A stretch of DNA of 46,562 bases from Planctomycetaceae bacterium (GTDB taxonomy: Bacteria; Planctomycetota; Phycisphaerae; Phycisphaerales; SM1A02), in contig CANETX010000001.1 of NCBI GenBank assembly GCA_947441435.1, forward strand, positions 1 to 46,562, in the 5' to 3' direction. Below the pieces are notes generated by a model. That model was not told the DNA's origin, searched no databases, and saw only the letters and a program-made list of their open reading frames with translations. The translations under genes and the position numbers were made by a program. Below are positions 33,908 to 42,109 of this stretch, piece after piece. The number at the start of each line of letters is the position of its first letter. Within the stretch, counting starts at the first letter, position 1.

Positions 33908-35249
33908 GGGTCGCGTGGGTCGATGTCTGCGGCGCTCCGGCGGGTGCTCCTGCAGACAGCAGCCTCGAACCGGCCACGAACACCTCGCGCGCCCGACCGC
34001 GCACTTGCCAGCCGTGGAACGGGCAGTTGCGGCTCTTGGAGCGCATCGCCTGCGCATCGATCGTCCAACGATGATTCGGGTCGATGACCGTCACATCCGC
34101 GGGGCCGCTCTCAAAGAGCCGTCCGATTCCCCGTTCGGCGAGGCCGAGGAGCCGCGCCGGTTCAAGGGTCAAGAGCGCAACGAGCCGCGGCCACTCGATG
34201 GCTCCCGAGTCAAGGAGCGCCTTCATGTAGAGGGGGAGAGCGCATTCGATACCGATCATCCCGAACGGCGCCTCGGAGAAGTCGCGGGACTTTTCCGATG
34301 CCGTGTGCGGCGCATGGTCGGTTGCGAGGACCGTGATGGTCCCATCGACAATCCCCTCGATAATCGCCCGGATGTCGGCATCCGTGCGCAGCGGGGGATT
34401 CACCTTCATCACCGGGTCGTAGGTGCCGCACGCATCGTCCGTGAGGAGCAGATGATGGGGAGATGCCTCGGCGGAAACCGGTTGCCCCGTCCCGCGCGCG
34501 CGCCGGATGATCTCGACGCTGCCGCCTGCCGAGAGATGCTGCGCGTGGTAGCGGCACTGATGAATCCGATTGAGCCGCACGTCGCGCTCGATGATCACTT
34601 CCTCCGCGACGCTGGGCCATCCTCCGAGGCCGAGTCGCGCGCTGACGACGCCAGCGTTCATGACCCCGCCTTCCGTGAGCGTCGGGTCCTGGCAGTGCTG
34701 CATGAACGCCTTGTCGAGCGAGGCGCAGACCGCGAGCACTTTTCCCATCATTCCGGCGCTCGCCACGCAGTCACCGTCGTCGGTGAACGCGACCGCGCCC
34801 GCCTTGGCCATCGCCCCCATCGGTGCGAGTTGCTCGCCCCTGCGGCCCACGGTCGCCGCACCCGACGGAAAGACCCGGGCGCCGGAAGCGGCGCGGGCTC
34901 GCTGCAGGACGAACTCGACGGTGCTCGGAAGGTCGATCGGCGGATTCGTGTTCGGCATGCAGCACAGCGTCGTGAAGCCGCCGAGGATGGCGGCCGCTGC
35001 GCCCGACGCGATCGTCTCCTTGGACTCGCCACCTGGCTCGCGCAGATGCACGTGCGGATCGACGAGTCCCGGAGTCACGATCATCCCCTCGCAGTCGATC
35101 GTGACTGCGCCCTCGGGAGGCGAGAGGGCGCCGCGGCGCGTCGAGATTGCTGCGATGGTCTCCCCGACGATGAGCACGTCCCCCGTGGCATCCATGCCGC
35201 GGTCAGGGTCGATGATCCGTCCGCCTCGCAGGAAGTGGGAGTGGCTCAC
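33897..35249 (-). CDS. pyrC: Dihydroorotase (class I, multifunctional-complex type)
   Basis: 450 aa, GTG start. DPHVHLREPGGESKETIASGAAAAILGGFTTLCCMPNTNPPID and ATDHAPHTASEK, close to the Bacillus-type PyrC pattern. Its 3' end overlaps the aminotransferase start by 11 nt. Confidence 0.85.
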   Translation of the reverse strand: MSHSHFLRGGRIIDPDRGMDATGDVLIVGETIAAISTRRGALSPPEGAVTIDCEGMIVTPGLVDPHVHLREPGGESKETIASGAAAAILGGFTTLCCMPNTNPPIDLPSTVEFVLQRARAASGARVFPSGAATVGRRGEQLAPMGAMAKAGAVAFTDDGDCVASAGMMGKVLAVCASLDKAFMQHCQDPTLTEGGVMNAGVVSARLGLGGWPSVAEEVIIERDVRLNRIHQCRYHAQHLSAGGSVEIIRRARGTGQPVSAEASPHHLLLTDDACGTYDPVMKVNPPLRTDADIRAIIEGIVDGTITVLATDHAPHTASEKSRDFSEAPFGMIGIECALPLYMKALLDSGAIEWPRLVALLTLEPARLLGLAERGIGRLFESGPADVTVIDPNHRWTIDAQAMRSKSRNCPFHGWQVRGRAREVFVAGSRLLSAGAPAGAPQTSTHATHAN

Positions 35250-35337
35250 GCTGCGTGATCCTATCGACGGACCCTCTGTTTCAATGGCGCGCGATCTCGA
35301 CTGACCTCACCAACTCCAACAATCAAACCCAGCATCC

Positions 35338-35368
35338 AAAAAAAGCCCCGCCAGAAATCTGGCGGGGC
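35338..35368 (-). terminator. Rho-independent terminator downstream of the small Cys-rich lipoprotein gene
   Basis: Minus strand reads GCCCCGCCAG-ATTT-CTGGCGGGGC (perfect 10-bp GC stem, 4-nt loop) followed by TTTTTTT. It begins 37 nt after the stop at 35405. Confidence 0.75.
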
Positions 35369-35404
35369 GAGACGTCCTCGTTGATTCGAGACTCGACTGG
35401 GCGA

Positions 35405-35686
35405 TCAGCCGTTCGACTTGCCCGACATGCCTGACATGGGGCAGGACGAGCCGCAGCCGGTCTTCTTGGCGCCGCTGACGGCACCCGGGGCGGGAGCAGC
35501 GGCATCGGTCTTGACTTCAGCCTTCGTGCAAGCGGCCTTGGCGGCGGCGTCGCAGGTGGCGGCCTTGTTTTCCTTGCAGCAGGACGAGCTGCCGACGGCG
35601 CCGGGGGCGGTCGTGCTGGTCTGGGTGGTGCAGGCGGCGAGGGCGAGGAGGAGAGTGCTTCCGGTGACGAGTGCGAAACGCTTCAT
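35405..35686 (-). CDS. Small Cys/Met-rich lipoprotein (possible metal-binding)
   Basis: MKRFALVTGSTLLLALAAC (lipobox LAAC). The mature part, about 74 aa, has six further Cys (CC, C, C, GCGSSC) and a tail CPMSGMSGKSNG. GGAG lies 9 nt upstream of ATG 35686. A canonical terminator follows. Confidence 0.55.
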   Translation of the reverse strand: MKRFALVTGSTLLLALAACTTQTSTTAPGAVGSSSCCKENKAATCDAAAKAACTKAEVKTDAAAPAPGAVSGAKKTGCGSSCPMSGMSGKSNG

Positions 35687-35776
35687 GTTCGAGGACTCCA
35701 TTGGTTGGTGGTGACGTGTGATGACTGACTGGCGATTCTAGCAGGGAAACGCCCCACGGTTCATACGATTGCAACA

Positions 35777-37123
35777 ATGTCCGCCAACCCTCCCGAGTCC
35801 CTGTTGGCGAAGGCCCGTGCGCTTCCAGGCGTCGCGGGTGTCTATCTCTTGAAGGATGCTGACGGGGTGATCTTGTACGTCGGCAAGGCGGGGTGCTTGC
35901 CGGAACGAGTTTCCGCGTACTTCGTGGCCAGTGCCGACCATGGCCCACGCAAGGAGCCGATGCTCGCGCTCATCGCGGATTTTGACACGATTCCCTGCGA
36001 AGGCGAGTGGGAAGCGCTCCTGATGGAAGCCCGTCTCATCAAGGACCTGAAGCCCAAATTCAACCGGATGATGGTCGACGACAAGACCTTTCCGTACTTG
36101 GTGGTGACCACTCGGCACGAGTTTCCGTCGGTGCACATCACGCGCGATCCTCACGCGCCGGAGTTCAAGGGGGCGCGGGTCTTCGGCCCCTTTGTGAGCG
36201 GCGGCGGTCTTCGTCGCGCGGTGGAGCTCCTCCAGCGCGTCTTCAAGTACCGAACATGTGAACTCGACATCAAGGCGTTGGATCCTGCCAACGCGCGCTT
36301 TCGACCTTGCCTCCTCCACGCGATCGGGCAGTGCACCGCTCCGTGCGCCAACCGGATCTCCCGCGATGAATATGGCGAGGACATCGATCGGTTCCTCCGT
36401 TTCCTCGGGAGCAAGCGGAGCGCGATGCTGCGCGAACTCCGCGAGGAGATGGAGGCGGCATCCGCGGCGCAGAAGTTCGAACGTGCGGCGGTCCTGCGCG
36501 ATCAGATCCAGGCGATCGAGCGGCTCGATGACCGTGAACGGCGCGGCAGCGATGCCGAGTACGAGTGGCAACCTGAAGTCACGTCGCTGATCCAGGATCC
36601 CGCTGCCGGGCTGCGATCGCTCGCGCGCACGCTGGAACACCCCGGCGAGATCCGCTGCATCGAGGCGATCGACATCGCCCATCTCGGCGGCGACGAGACG
36701 GTCGGGAGCAAGGTCTGCTTCATCGATGGCCGTCCCTTCCGCGATGGGTATCGCCGCTACAAGATCCGCAGCGTCGCGAACAACGATGTGATGGCGATTC
36801 GCGAAGTCGTCTCTCGGAGATACCGCGAAGCCGGAGCGGGGCTGGAGCTCTACCCCGATCTCATCCTCATCGACGGCGGTAGCGCTCAGCTGAGTGCGGC
36901 GATGGAGGCGTTTGAACTCTTGGGGACCAAGCCACCGATGGTGATCGGCCTCGCCAAGCGCGAGGAACTCATCTACCGGGTGGAATCGCCGGAGCCGATT
37001 CGCCTCGGGCGAGACAACGCCGGACTTCGCCTCTGCCAAGCCGTCCGCGACGAGGCCCATCGGTTCGCGCAGCACTATCACCATCTGCTGCGGAGCAAGA
37101 GGCTCATCGGCGACTCGCCATGA
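35777..37123 (+). CDS. uvrC: Excinuclease ABC subunit C, short form lacking the C-terminal (HhH)2 domain
   Basis: 448 aa. GIY-YIG (GVYLLKDADGVILYVGKA), Cys-rich segment (RTCELD...RPCLLHAIGQCTAPC), UVR domain (FERAAVLRDQIQAIERL) and RNaseH-like endonuclease domain (IEAIDIAHLGG ... VRDEAHRFA). The ORF stops shortly after this. Confidence 0.8.
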   Translation: MSANPPESLLAKARALPGVAGVYLLKDADGVILYVGKAGCLPERVSAYFVASADHGPRKEPMLALIADFDTIPCEGEWEALLMEARLIKDLKPKFNRMMVDDKTFPYLVVTTRHEFPSVHITRDPHAPEFKGARVFGPFVSGGGLRRAVELLQRVFKYRTCELDIKALDPANARFRPCLLHAIGQCTAPCANRISRDEYGEDIDRFLRFLGSKRSAMLRELREEMEAASAAQKFERAAVLRDQIQAIERLDDRERRGSDAEYEWQPEVTSLIQDPAAGLRSLARTLEHPGEIRCIEAIDIAHLGGDETVGSKVCFIDGRPFRDGYRRYKIRSVANNDVMAIREVVSRRYREAGAGLELYPDLILIDGGSAQLSAAMEAFELLGTKPPMVIGLAKREELIYRVESPEPIRLGRDNAGLRLCQAVRDEAHRFAQHYHHLLRSKRLIGDSP

Positions 37124-37171
37124 CTGCGGACCCGTCGCCGCCGTACGCAACGCGGCGCGCCGACCGGCGAC

Positions 37172-39214
37172 TCACGCCGGAGTTGGGAGCGCGTCGGGTG
37201 GAATCTCAGGATCGGCCTTCGCGGGTGGTGCGGCCTTGGGCAGTTCCCGCTGAAGGAGTTCCGAGACAGTGGGGCGTTCGATGGTCTCGCCGCGGATCAA
37301 CCGGTCGACATCGTCCTTCGAGAGTGTCTCGACCTTCAAGAGCGCCTCCGCGATTGCCACAACCTTGGGCCAATGCTCTTGGATCAGCGTGGTCGCATCG
37401 GAGTACGCGACGTCGATCAACTTGCGGACTTCCTCGTCGATGACACGTGCCGTCTCGGGCGAATAGTCCTTGTCGGGGACGAACGATTCACGGTCATCGG
37501 CCCCTGCGTAGTTGACGAACCCGAGCCGCTCGGACATTCCCCATTGCAGCACCATCGTCCGCGCATACGAGGTCGCCATGCGGATGTCCATCGAGGCGCC
37601 GCTCGAGATGTCGCCGGTCTTTCGCTCCTCGGCGATTCTCCCACCGCAGAGGACGCGCATCGTCGCCAAGAGATGTTTCCGCGAGTAGCCATACCGGTCC
37701 TTCTCGGGAAGGCTGAAGGTCGCTCCCATCGCTTGCCCGCGGGGAATGATGGTGACCTTGTGCAGGGGGTCGGCATCGGTGAGCACAACCTGCAGCAAGG
37801 CGTGACCCGCTTCGTGGTAGGCGGTGGCGATCCGCTCCTGCTCCTCGATCTTTCGGCTCTTGTTGGCCCGCCCGAAGCGGACCTTGTCGCGAGCCTCCTC
37901 AAGGTCGCTCGTCTCGACGTAATCCTTGTCGGCCATGGTCGCGATGATCGCCGCCTCGTTGATGATCGCCGCGAGATCCGCCCCCGAGAACATCGGAGTT
38001 CCCCGCGCGAGCCGGTCGAGATCGACGTCCGGCGATGTCTTCACCTTGCGGGCATGGACCGCCAGAATCTGGCGTCGGCCCTTGAGATCCGGAAGTGGAA
38101 CGGCGACCTGCCGATCGAAGCGCCCCGGCCGCGTCAAGGCGGGATCGAGGACATCCGGGCGATTCGTGGCCGCAATCACGATGATCTGGTCGTTGGCCTC
38201 GAAGCCGTCCATCTCCACGAGGATGGCGTTGAGCGTCTGCTCGCGCTCGTCGTGGCCACCGGAGTTGAAGCCACCGCCTCGGCGGCGGCCCACTGCGTCA
38301 ATCTCATCGAGGAAGATGATGCACGGCGAGTTCTCCTTCGCCTGCTTGAAGAGGTCTCGGACGCGGCTCGCGCCGACGCCGACGAACATCTCCACGAAGT
38401 CTGAACCGGAGATGGAGAAGAAGGGGACATCCGCCTCGCCGGCAATCGCCTTGGCGAGCAGCGTCTTCCCGCAGCCTGGCTGGCCCGACAGCAGCACGCC
38501 GCGCGGAATGCGCCCGCCGAGCTTGCTGAACTTCTTGGGGTTCTTGAGGAACTCAACGATCTCGCGGACCTCGTCCTTGGCTTCGTCCACTCCCGCGACA
38601 TCGTTGAACGTGATGTGCACGTTCTCCTTGTTGGTCACCCGATGACGGCTCTTCCCGAATGAGCCGAGCATGCCACCAGGTCCGCCGCCACTCGCTCCAC
38701 GCATGCTGCGGGCGATGAGGAACCAGAGCACCACGAGAATGAGAATGCCTGGTGCCAAGGTGAGGAGCAGTTGCATGAAGACGCTCTGGCCGACCTGCTC
38801 CTGCCACTTGACATTGGAAGTGGTCAGTTGCGTGCGGATCCAGTCGTAGTTGCCGGGGATGATCCGGACCCAGACCGATCCACCCTTCTGGCCGGTGCGG
38901 TCCTTCGCGCCGGGAAGGCTCCGTTGAAGGGTTGCGGTGATCTTGTCGTCGCTGATGATGACGGTGCCGGGCTCGAAGTACCCCTCCTGCGCCAGCACGA
39001 AAAACTCCTGCGGCGTCTGGATCGTCTCGCCTCGCTGGGAGGTGCTCGTCAGGACCGTCCAGATGACGGCGATCACTGCCAAGAGCAGGATGTAGGTCAT
39101 GAACTGGCGACGCGCTTTGGGCGGAGGGTTGGCTCCCTGCGGTGACTTGGGAGGAGGAGCTGACTCAGGCGGGCCGCCGCCGTCGCCACCAGACGAACCA
39201 TCGCCCTTGGGCAT
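37172..39214 (-). CDS. ftsH: ATP-dependent zinc metalloprotease FtsH
   Basis: Walker [19 protein letters not shown], Walker [13 protein letters not shown] region, zinc site HEAGHAL. Start uncertain. I chose ATG 39214 ([10 protein letters not shown]...), but the frame stays open to 39325 through five further in-frame ATGs inside a 9-bp repeat. Confidence 0.9.
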   Translation of the reverse strand: MPKGDGSSGGDGGGPPESAPPPKSPQGANPPPKARRQFMTYILLLAVIAVIWTVLTSTSQRGETIQTPQEFFVLAQEGYFEPGTVIISDDKITATLQRSLPGAKDRTGQKGGSVWVRIIPGNYDWIRTQLTTSNVKWQEQVGQSVFMQLLLTLAPGILILVVLWFLIARSMRGASGGGPGGMLGSFGKSRHRVTNKENVHITFNDVAGVDEAKDEVREIVEFLKNPKKFSKLGGRIPRGVLLSGQPGCGKTLLAKAIAGEADVPFFSISGSDFVEMFVGVGASRVRDLFKQAKENSPCIIFLDEIDAVGRRRGGGFNSGGHDEREQTLNAILVEMDGFEANDQIIVIAATNRPDVLDPALTRPGRFDRQVAVPLPDLKGRRQILAVHARKVKTSPDVDLDRLARGTPMFSGADLAAIINEAAIIATMADKDYVETSDLEEARDKVRFGRANKSRKIEEQERIATAYHEAGHALLQVVLTDADPLHKVTIIPRGQAMGATFSLPEKDRYGYSRKHLLATMRVLCGGRIAEERKTGDISSGASMDIRMATSYARTMVLQWGMSERLGFVNYAGADDRESFVPDKDYSPETARVIDEEVRKLIDVAYSDATTLIQEHWPKVVAIAEALLKVETLSKDDVDRLIRGETIERPTVSELLQRELPKAAPPAKADPEIPPDALPTPA

Positions 39215-39251
39215 GACGAGTCGGTCGGAAGGAAGATGGGTGTGGCCTGAT

Positions 39252-39296
39252 TGCATGAATTGCATGAATTGCATGAGTCGCATGAACAACATGACC
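39252..39296. repeat. Five-unit 9-bp tandem repeat with a CATG core, in the ftsH 5' region
   Basis: Plus strand reads TGCATGAAT TGCATGAAT TGCATGAGT CGCATGAAC AACATGACC. The tract is AT-rich in a very GC-rich context and lies between the LptE-like stop (39319) and the preferred ftsH start (39214). Confidence 0.9.
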
Positions 39297-39318
39297 AACC
39301 TGACGCGTGTCGGGTGAG

Positions 39319-39831
39319 TTACCACTCACCCTGGAGATTGGCCACTATATCCCTCGCGAGTTGCTGAGAGACGGCGAATCTTCCAAGGTCAATCGGCTGA
39401 TTGTTAGGAAGACTCGCAACAAACACGGCGCTTCCCTGAAACCCCTGGCGGGCGACGATCGGCTTCCCGGTGCGCATGTCAAACCACTCGAAGTCGACGG
39501 TCACGCGGATGGCCATCTCCTCGGTGAGTCCGGTGGCAAGGCTCTGCGAGAGCATGTTCAGCGTGACGCTCTTCACGGTGGCGCGCAGCACCGTGTCCGC
39601 GCGGGCCTCAGGGACGACTTTGTAGGGGGTCGCTGACTCGATCTCCTTGATCGTCGCGTCGGTAAGTTGGAAGGAGATGCCGCGGTCCTGACTCTGGTTC
39701 TCGAAGATCGGGACTGCCACGGAGTGGTACTTCGATGAGTAGAGCTCGCCGGTGGCGTAGCCCGACGAGGAGCCAGTGTCGCAGCCTCCGAGCGCGGTGG
39801 CGCAGAGCAACAGGCCGACGGCTCGGAGCAT
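39319..39831 (-). CDS. LptE-like outer-membrane LPS-assembly lipoprotein
   Basis: Start at MLRAVGLLLCATALGGC (lipobox), ATG 39831, 5 bp after the upstream stop. VAVPIFENQSQDRGISFQLTDATIKEIES...ADTVLRATVKSV fits the LptE-family pattern. About 170 aa. Confidence 0.5.
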   Translation of the reverse strand: MLRAVGLLLCATALGGCDTGSSSGYATGELYSSKYHSVAVPIFENQSQDRGISFQLTDATIKEIESATPYKVVPEARADTVLRATVKSVTLNMLSQSLATGLTEEMAIRVTVDFEWFDMRTGKPIVARQGFQGSAVFVASLPNNQPIDLGRFAVSQQLARDIVANLQGEW

Positions 39832-39836
39832 CGAAG

Positions 39837-40910
39837 TCACGGCGTCACCTCCGGCGTGGCTGCGGCATCGTCGACCCCGAGGAGTTGCTTGCGCAGGGCG
39901 GAGTAATCGGGGCACTGTGACCGGATCGTCACGGGGAGTTTCGCGAGGAGTGCAGGGACCTCACGCAGGGCGACGAGCGTGGCGATCGACTTCGGGTAGA
40001 TCGTCACTAGCCGGCGGATGAAGACCTCCGCAGAGATGGGGTCGTCCACATAGGAGTACCAACCGGCCTCGGAGAGGAGTTTCGAGGCCTCCGACTCGTA
40101 GATCCTCACGAGGAGCGCGTCGGCGCCGACGCGCTGCGCGGTCAAGGGGTCGAGGGCCTGGAGCTCCTTGAGTCGCGCGCTCGCTTCGAAGAGCCCGCGG
40201 GCGTCGTAGAGCGGCCCCTTATAGGAGGCAAAAAGCGAGTAAATCAGTCGCAATCTCGCCTTTTCGACCTGCCTCGACCGTGGATAATTCTTGACGAAGA
40301 GGTCGTACGCATCGGCGGCAAGAAGGAGGTCCCGCTTTCGGAAGTAGAAGTCCGCGAGTTCCATTCCCGCCTGCTCGGCGAGTTCGCTTCCAGGCAGACG
40401 CTCCTGGATCCGGATCAGCAGTTCCTGAGCATCGTCTTCGGTGTTGATCCAACGGAAGGTGCCGAAAAACTTTCGCCTGAGTCCGTTTGCGTAGGCGGTG
40501 GCGATTTCGTACTCGCGCTGCAGCGCTGTCACGAAGACATCGCTGCCGGGGTACTTACGGACAAGTTCCTCATAGTCGTAGAGCGCCTTGTATTCGTCTC
40601 CCTGTGCCAGCAGTGAGTCTCCCTTGAGGAGGAGGGCGTGTGCGCGCAGCGGATCCGCCGGGAATCGATCGAGCCACCCCGACGCAAGATTGAAGGCGCG
40701 TCCTGCTTCCCCGCGCGCAAGCGCGAGCTGCGCTTGCCGCAACTGGCTCTGCGGGCTCGCGGGGTCGCTGTCGGCGGGGGCGATCCACTGATCGTCGCTG
40801 GCAAGCTTGAAGTCGACTTGTGCGTGCACCTGGGACGCGAGCGTGACGAAGGCCACGACGGCGATCCAGAGTGGAGCCGTGCATTGGCGAATCGTTCGAA
40901 CCACGGTCAT
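39837..40910 (-). CDS. BamD/YfiO-like TPR outer-membrane assembly factor
   Basis: 357 aa. Signal peptide (no lipobox Cys). TPR-like helical repeats with KYPGSDVFVTALQREYEIATAY and FVKNYPRSRQVEKARLRLIYS, reminiscent of YfiO-type repeats. Confidence 0.5.
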   Translation of the reverse strand: MTVVRTIRQCTAPLWIAVVAFVTLASQVHAQVDFKLASDDQWIAPADSDPASPQSQLRQAQLALARGEAGRAFNLASGWLDRFPADPLRAHALLLKGDSLLAQGDEYKALYDYEELVRKYPGSDVFVTALQREYEIATAYANGLRRKFFGTFRWINTEDDAQELLIRIQERLPGSELAEQAGMELADFYFRKRDLLLAADAYDLFVKNYPRSRQVEKARLRLIYSLFASYKGPLYDARGLFEASARLKELQALDPLTAQRVGADALLVRIYESEASKLLSEAGWYSYVDDPISAEVFIRRLVTIYPKSIATLVALREVPALLAKLPVTIRSQCPDYSALRKQLLGVDDAAATPEVTP

Positions 40911-40969
40911 CGCGGGACGATTCTAGGAAATTGTTGGATCAGCGCGCGCGCGTGTCTGGCGGACCCCAC

Positions 40970-40989
40970 GACCACAGGATCCTGTGGTC
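40970..40989. repeat. Perfect 20-bp palindrome GACCACAGGATCCTGTGGTC in a 275-bp divergent intergenic region (candidate operator)
   Basis: Read directly. The two 10-nt half-sites are exact reverse complements with no spacer. It lies 60 bp upstream of the BamD-like start and about 200 bp upstream of the sigma factor start. Confidence 0.85.
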
Positions 40990-41090
40990 ACTCGCGAGGA
41001 TCCCACGAAGGGTCGGGCTGCGGCTGCCCGGGAGGCGCGTCCGATACTGCGCGGCGTCCCTCAGGGCCGCACGAAAAACGGCGACCCTCC

Positions 41091-41120
41091 TTGCGCACAA
41101 AGAAAACGGTGATGTATAGT
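41091..41120 (+). promoter_or_regulatory. Candidate sigma70-like promoter for the sigma factor gene (TTGCGC-18 nt-TATAGT)
   Basis: TTGCGC at 41091-41096 and TATAGT at 41115-41120, in a locally AT-richer patch about 65 nt upstream of ATG 41186. AGGAG at 41171-41175 serves as the RBS. Confidence 0.3.
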
Positions 41121-41185
41121 TCGCGTGTCGAAGCCAAGGATTGGCGTCGGCAACGGTTCGGTTCAGGTCAAGGAGAGACCGCCCA

Positions 41186-42109
41186 ATGACTCGCACGAAT
41201 GCAACGCGTGAAAAACGGCGACCCACCCGGGACGCTGTCGCTGTGTCGCCCCGCGAAAAATCAGCAGAAAAACCGCAGGGAAACAAGCGTTCTGTCGTCG
41301 GCCGCACCAAGGCAGGGACGAAGGCCACTGCCGATGCCCTGTGGGTTCGCTACGCGAGCTTGCGGGATCGCCCAGGCGCAGACGCCGAGCGCGAGGACGT
41401 TCGCAACCAGTTGATCGTCAAGTTTCATCACCTCGTTCGCTACACCGCTGAGCGGATGCGGACGCGGCTCCCCGCCGAAGTGGAGGTCGACGATCTCATC
41501 TCGGCAGGCCTGTTCGGCCTGATGGATGCGATCGACGCCTTCGACCTCTCCCGAGGCATCAAGTTTGAGACGTACTGCCCCCAGCGGGTGCGCGGGGCGA
41601 TCTTTGATGAGCTCCGGGCGATGGACTGGGTCCCCCGGCTCGTCAGGTCCCGGACCACCAAGGTCGAACGGGTTCGCAAGGAGATCGAGATGCGGTGCGG
41701 GCGGCCTGCCACCGACACGGAGATTCAGGAGCGCCTCGGGGTTGGCAAGGACGAGTTTGAGAAGATCAGCCGGGACTCGAAGCCCGTCGGCATCGTCAGT
41801 CTCAACAAGAAGTGGACTGACCCCGACGCGTCGAATGAGACTCGCGAGATCGATGTTGCCCAGCCCGACGGCGAAGGGGATCCATTCCGGAACCTTCAGC
41901 GGCAAGATCTGCAAACCCTCCTCACCAAGGGTCTTACGCGATCCGAGCGGCTGATCGTCATCCTCTACTACTACGAAGAACTCACGATGAAGGAGATCGG
42001 GCTTACGTTGGATCTCTCTGAGAGCCGCGTCAGCCAGATGCACTCCTCGATTCTCGCACGCCTCAAGTCGCAGATGAAGCATCGACTCAAAGAAATCGAG
42101 CAGCAGTAG
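41186..42109 (+). CDS. Group-3 sigma-70 family sigma factor (FliA/WhiG, sigma-28 type) with a basic N-terminal extension
   Basis: ATG 41186 lies 10 nt after AGGAG. Region 2 DLISAGLFGLMDAIDAFD...FETYCPQRVRGAIFDELR, region 3, and region 4 LTMKEIGLTLDLSESRVSQMHSSILARL. The first ~45 aa are Lys/Arg-rich. Confidence 0.8.
   Translation: MTRTNATREKRRPTRDAVAVSPREKSAEKPQGNKRSVVGRTKAGTKATADALWVRYASLRDRPGADAEREDVRNQLIVKFHHLVRYTAERMRTRLPAEVEVDDLISAGLFGLMDAIDAFDLSRGIKFETYCPQRVRGAIFDELRAMDWVPRLVRSRTTKVERVRKEIEMRCGRPATDTEIQERLGVGKDEFEKISRDSKPVGIVSLNKKWTDPDASNETREIDVAQPDGEGDPFRNLQRQDLQTLLTKGLTRSERLIVILYYYEELTMKEIGLTLDLSESRVSQMHSSILARLKSQMKHRLKEIEQQ

Noticed and set aside
35250-35337. Promoter-like TTGAAA-15 nt-TAGGAT upstream of pyrC on the minus strand
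   Set aside because: The spacer is only 15 nt, and the -10 element would sit 8 nt from the GTG start. It is plausible only if the transcript is leaderless, so it is too weak to list as a feature.
35738-37150. 470-aa minus-strand ORF antisense to uvrC. Similar long antisense ORFs occur at 4235-5185, 5256-6368, 7172-8494, 12801-13970, 17222-18274, 19262-20593, 20505-21533, 28330-29508, 33861-35258 and 37373-38404.
   Set aside because: Each one exactly mirrors a gene with strong family motifs on the other strand and translates to Arg/Pro/Gly-rich sequence. These are GC-driven absence of stop codons, not genes.
37133-37171. Possible terminator hairpin between the convergent uvrC and ftsH genes (GTCGCCG ... 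CGGCGAC)
   Set aside because: Only a 7-bp stem with a loop of about 25 nt and no T-tract on either strand. Not convincing as an intrinsic terminator.
39252-39296. Could the 9-bp repeat (or the 6-nt repeat at 6444-6540) be a CRISPR array?
   Set aside because: The units are directly adjacent with no spacers and are far shorter than CRISPR repeats. No cas genes are present. They are simple tandem repeats.
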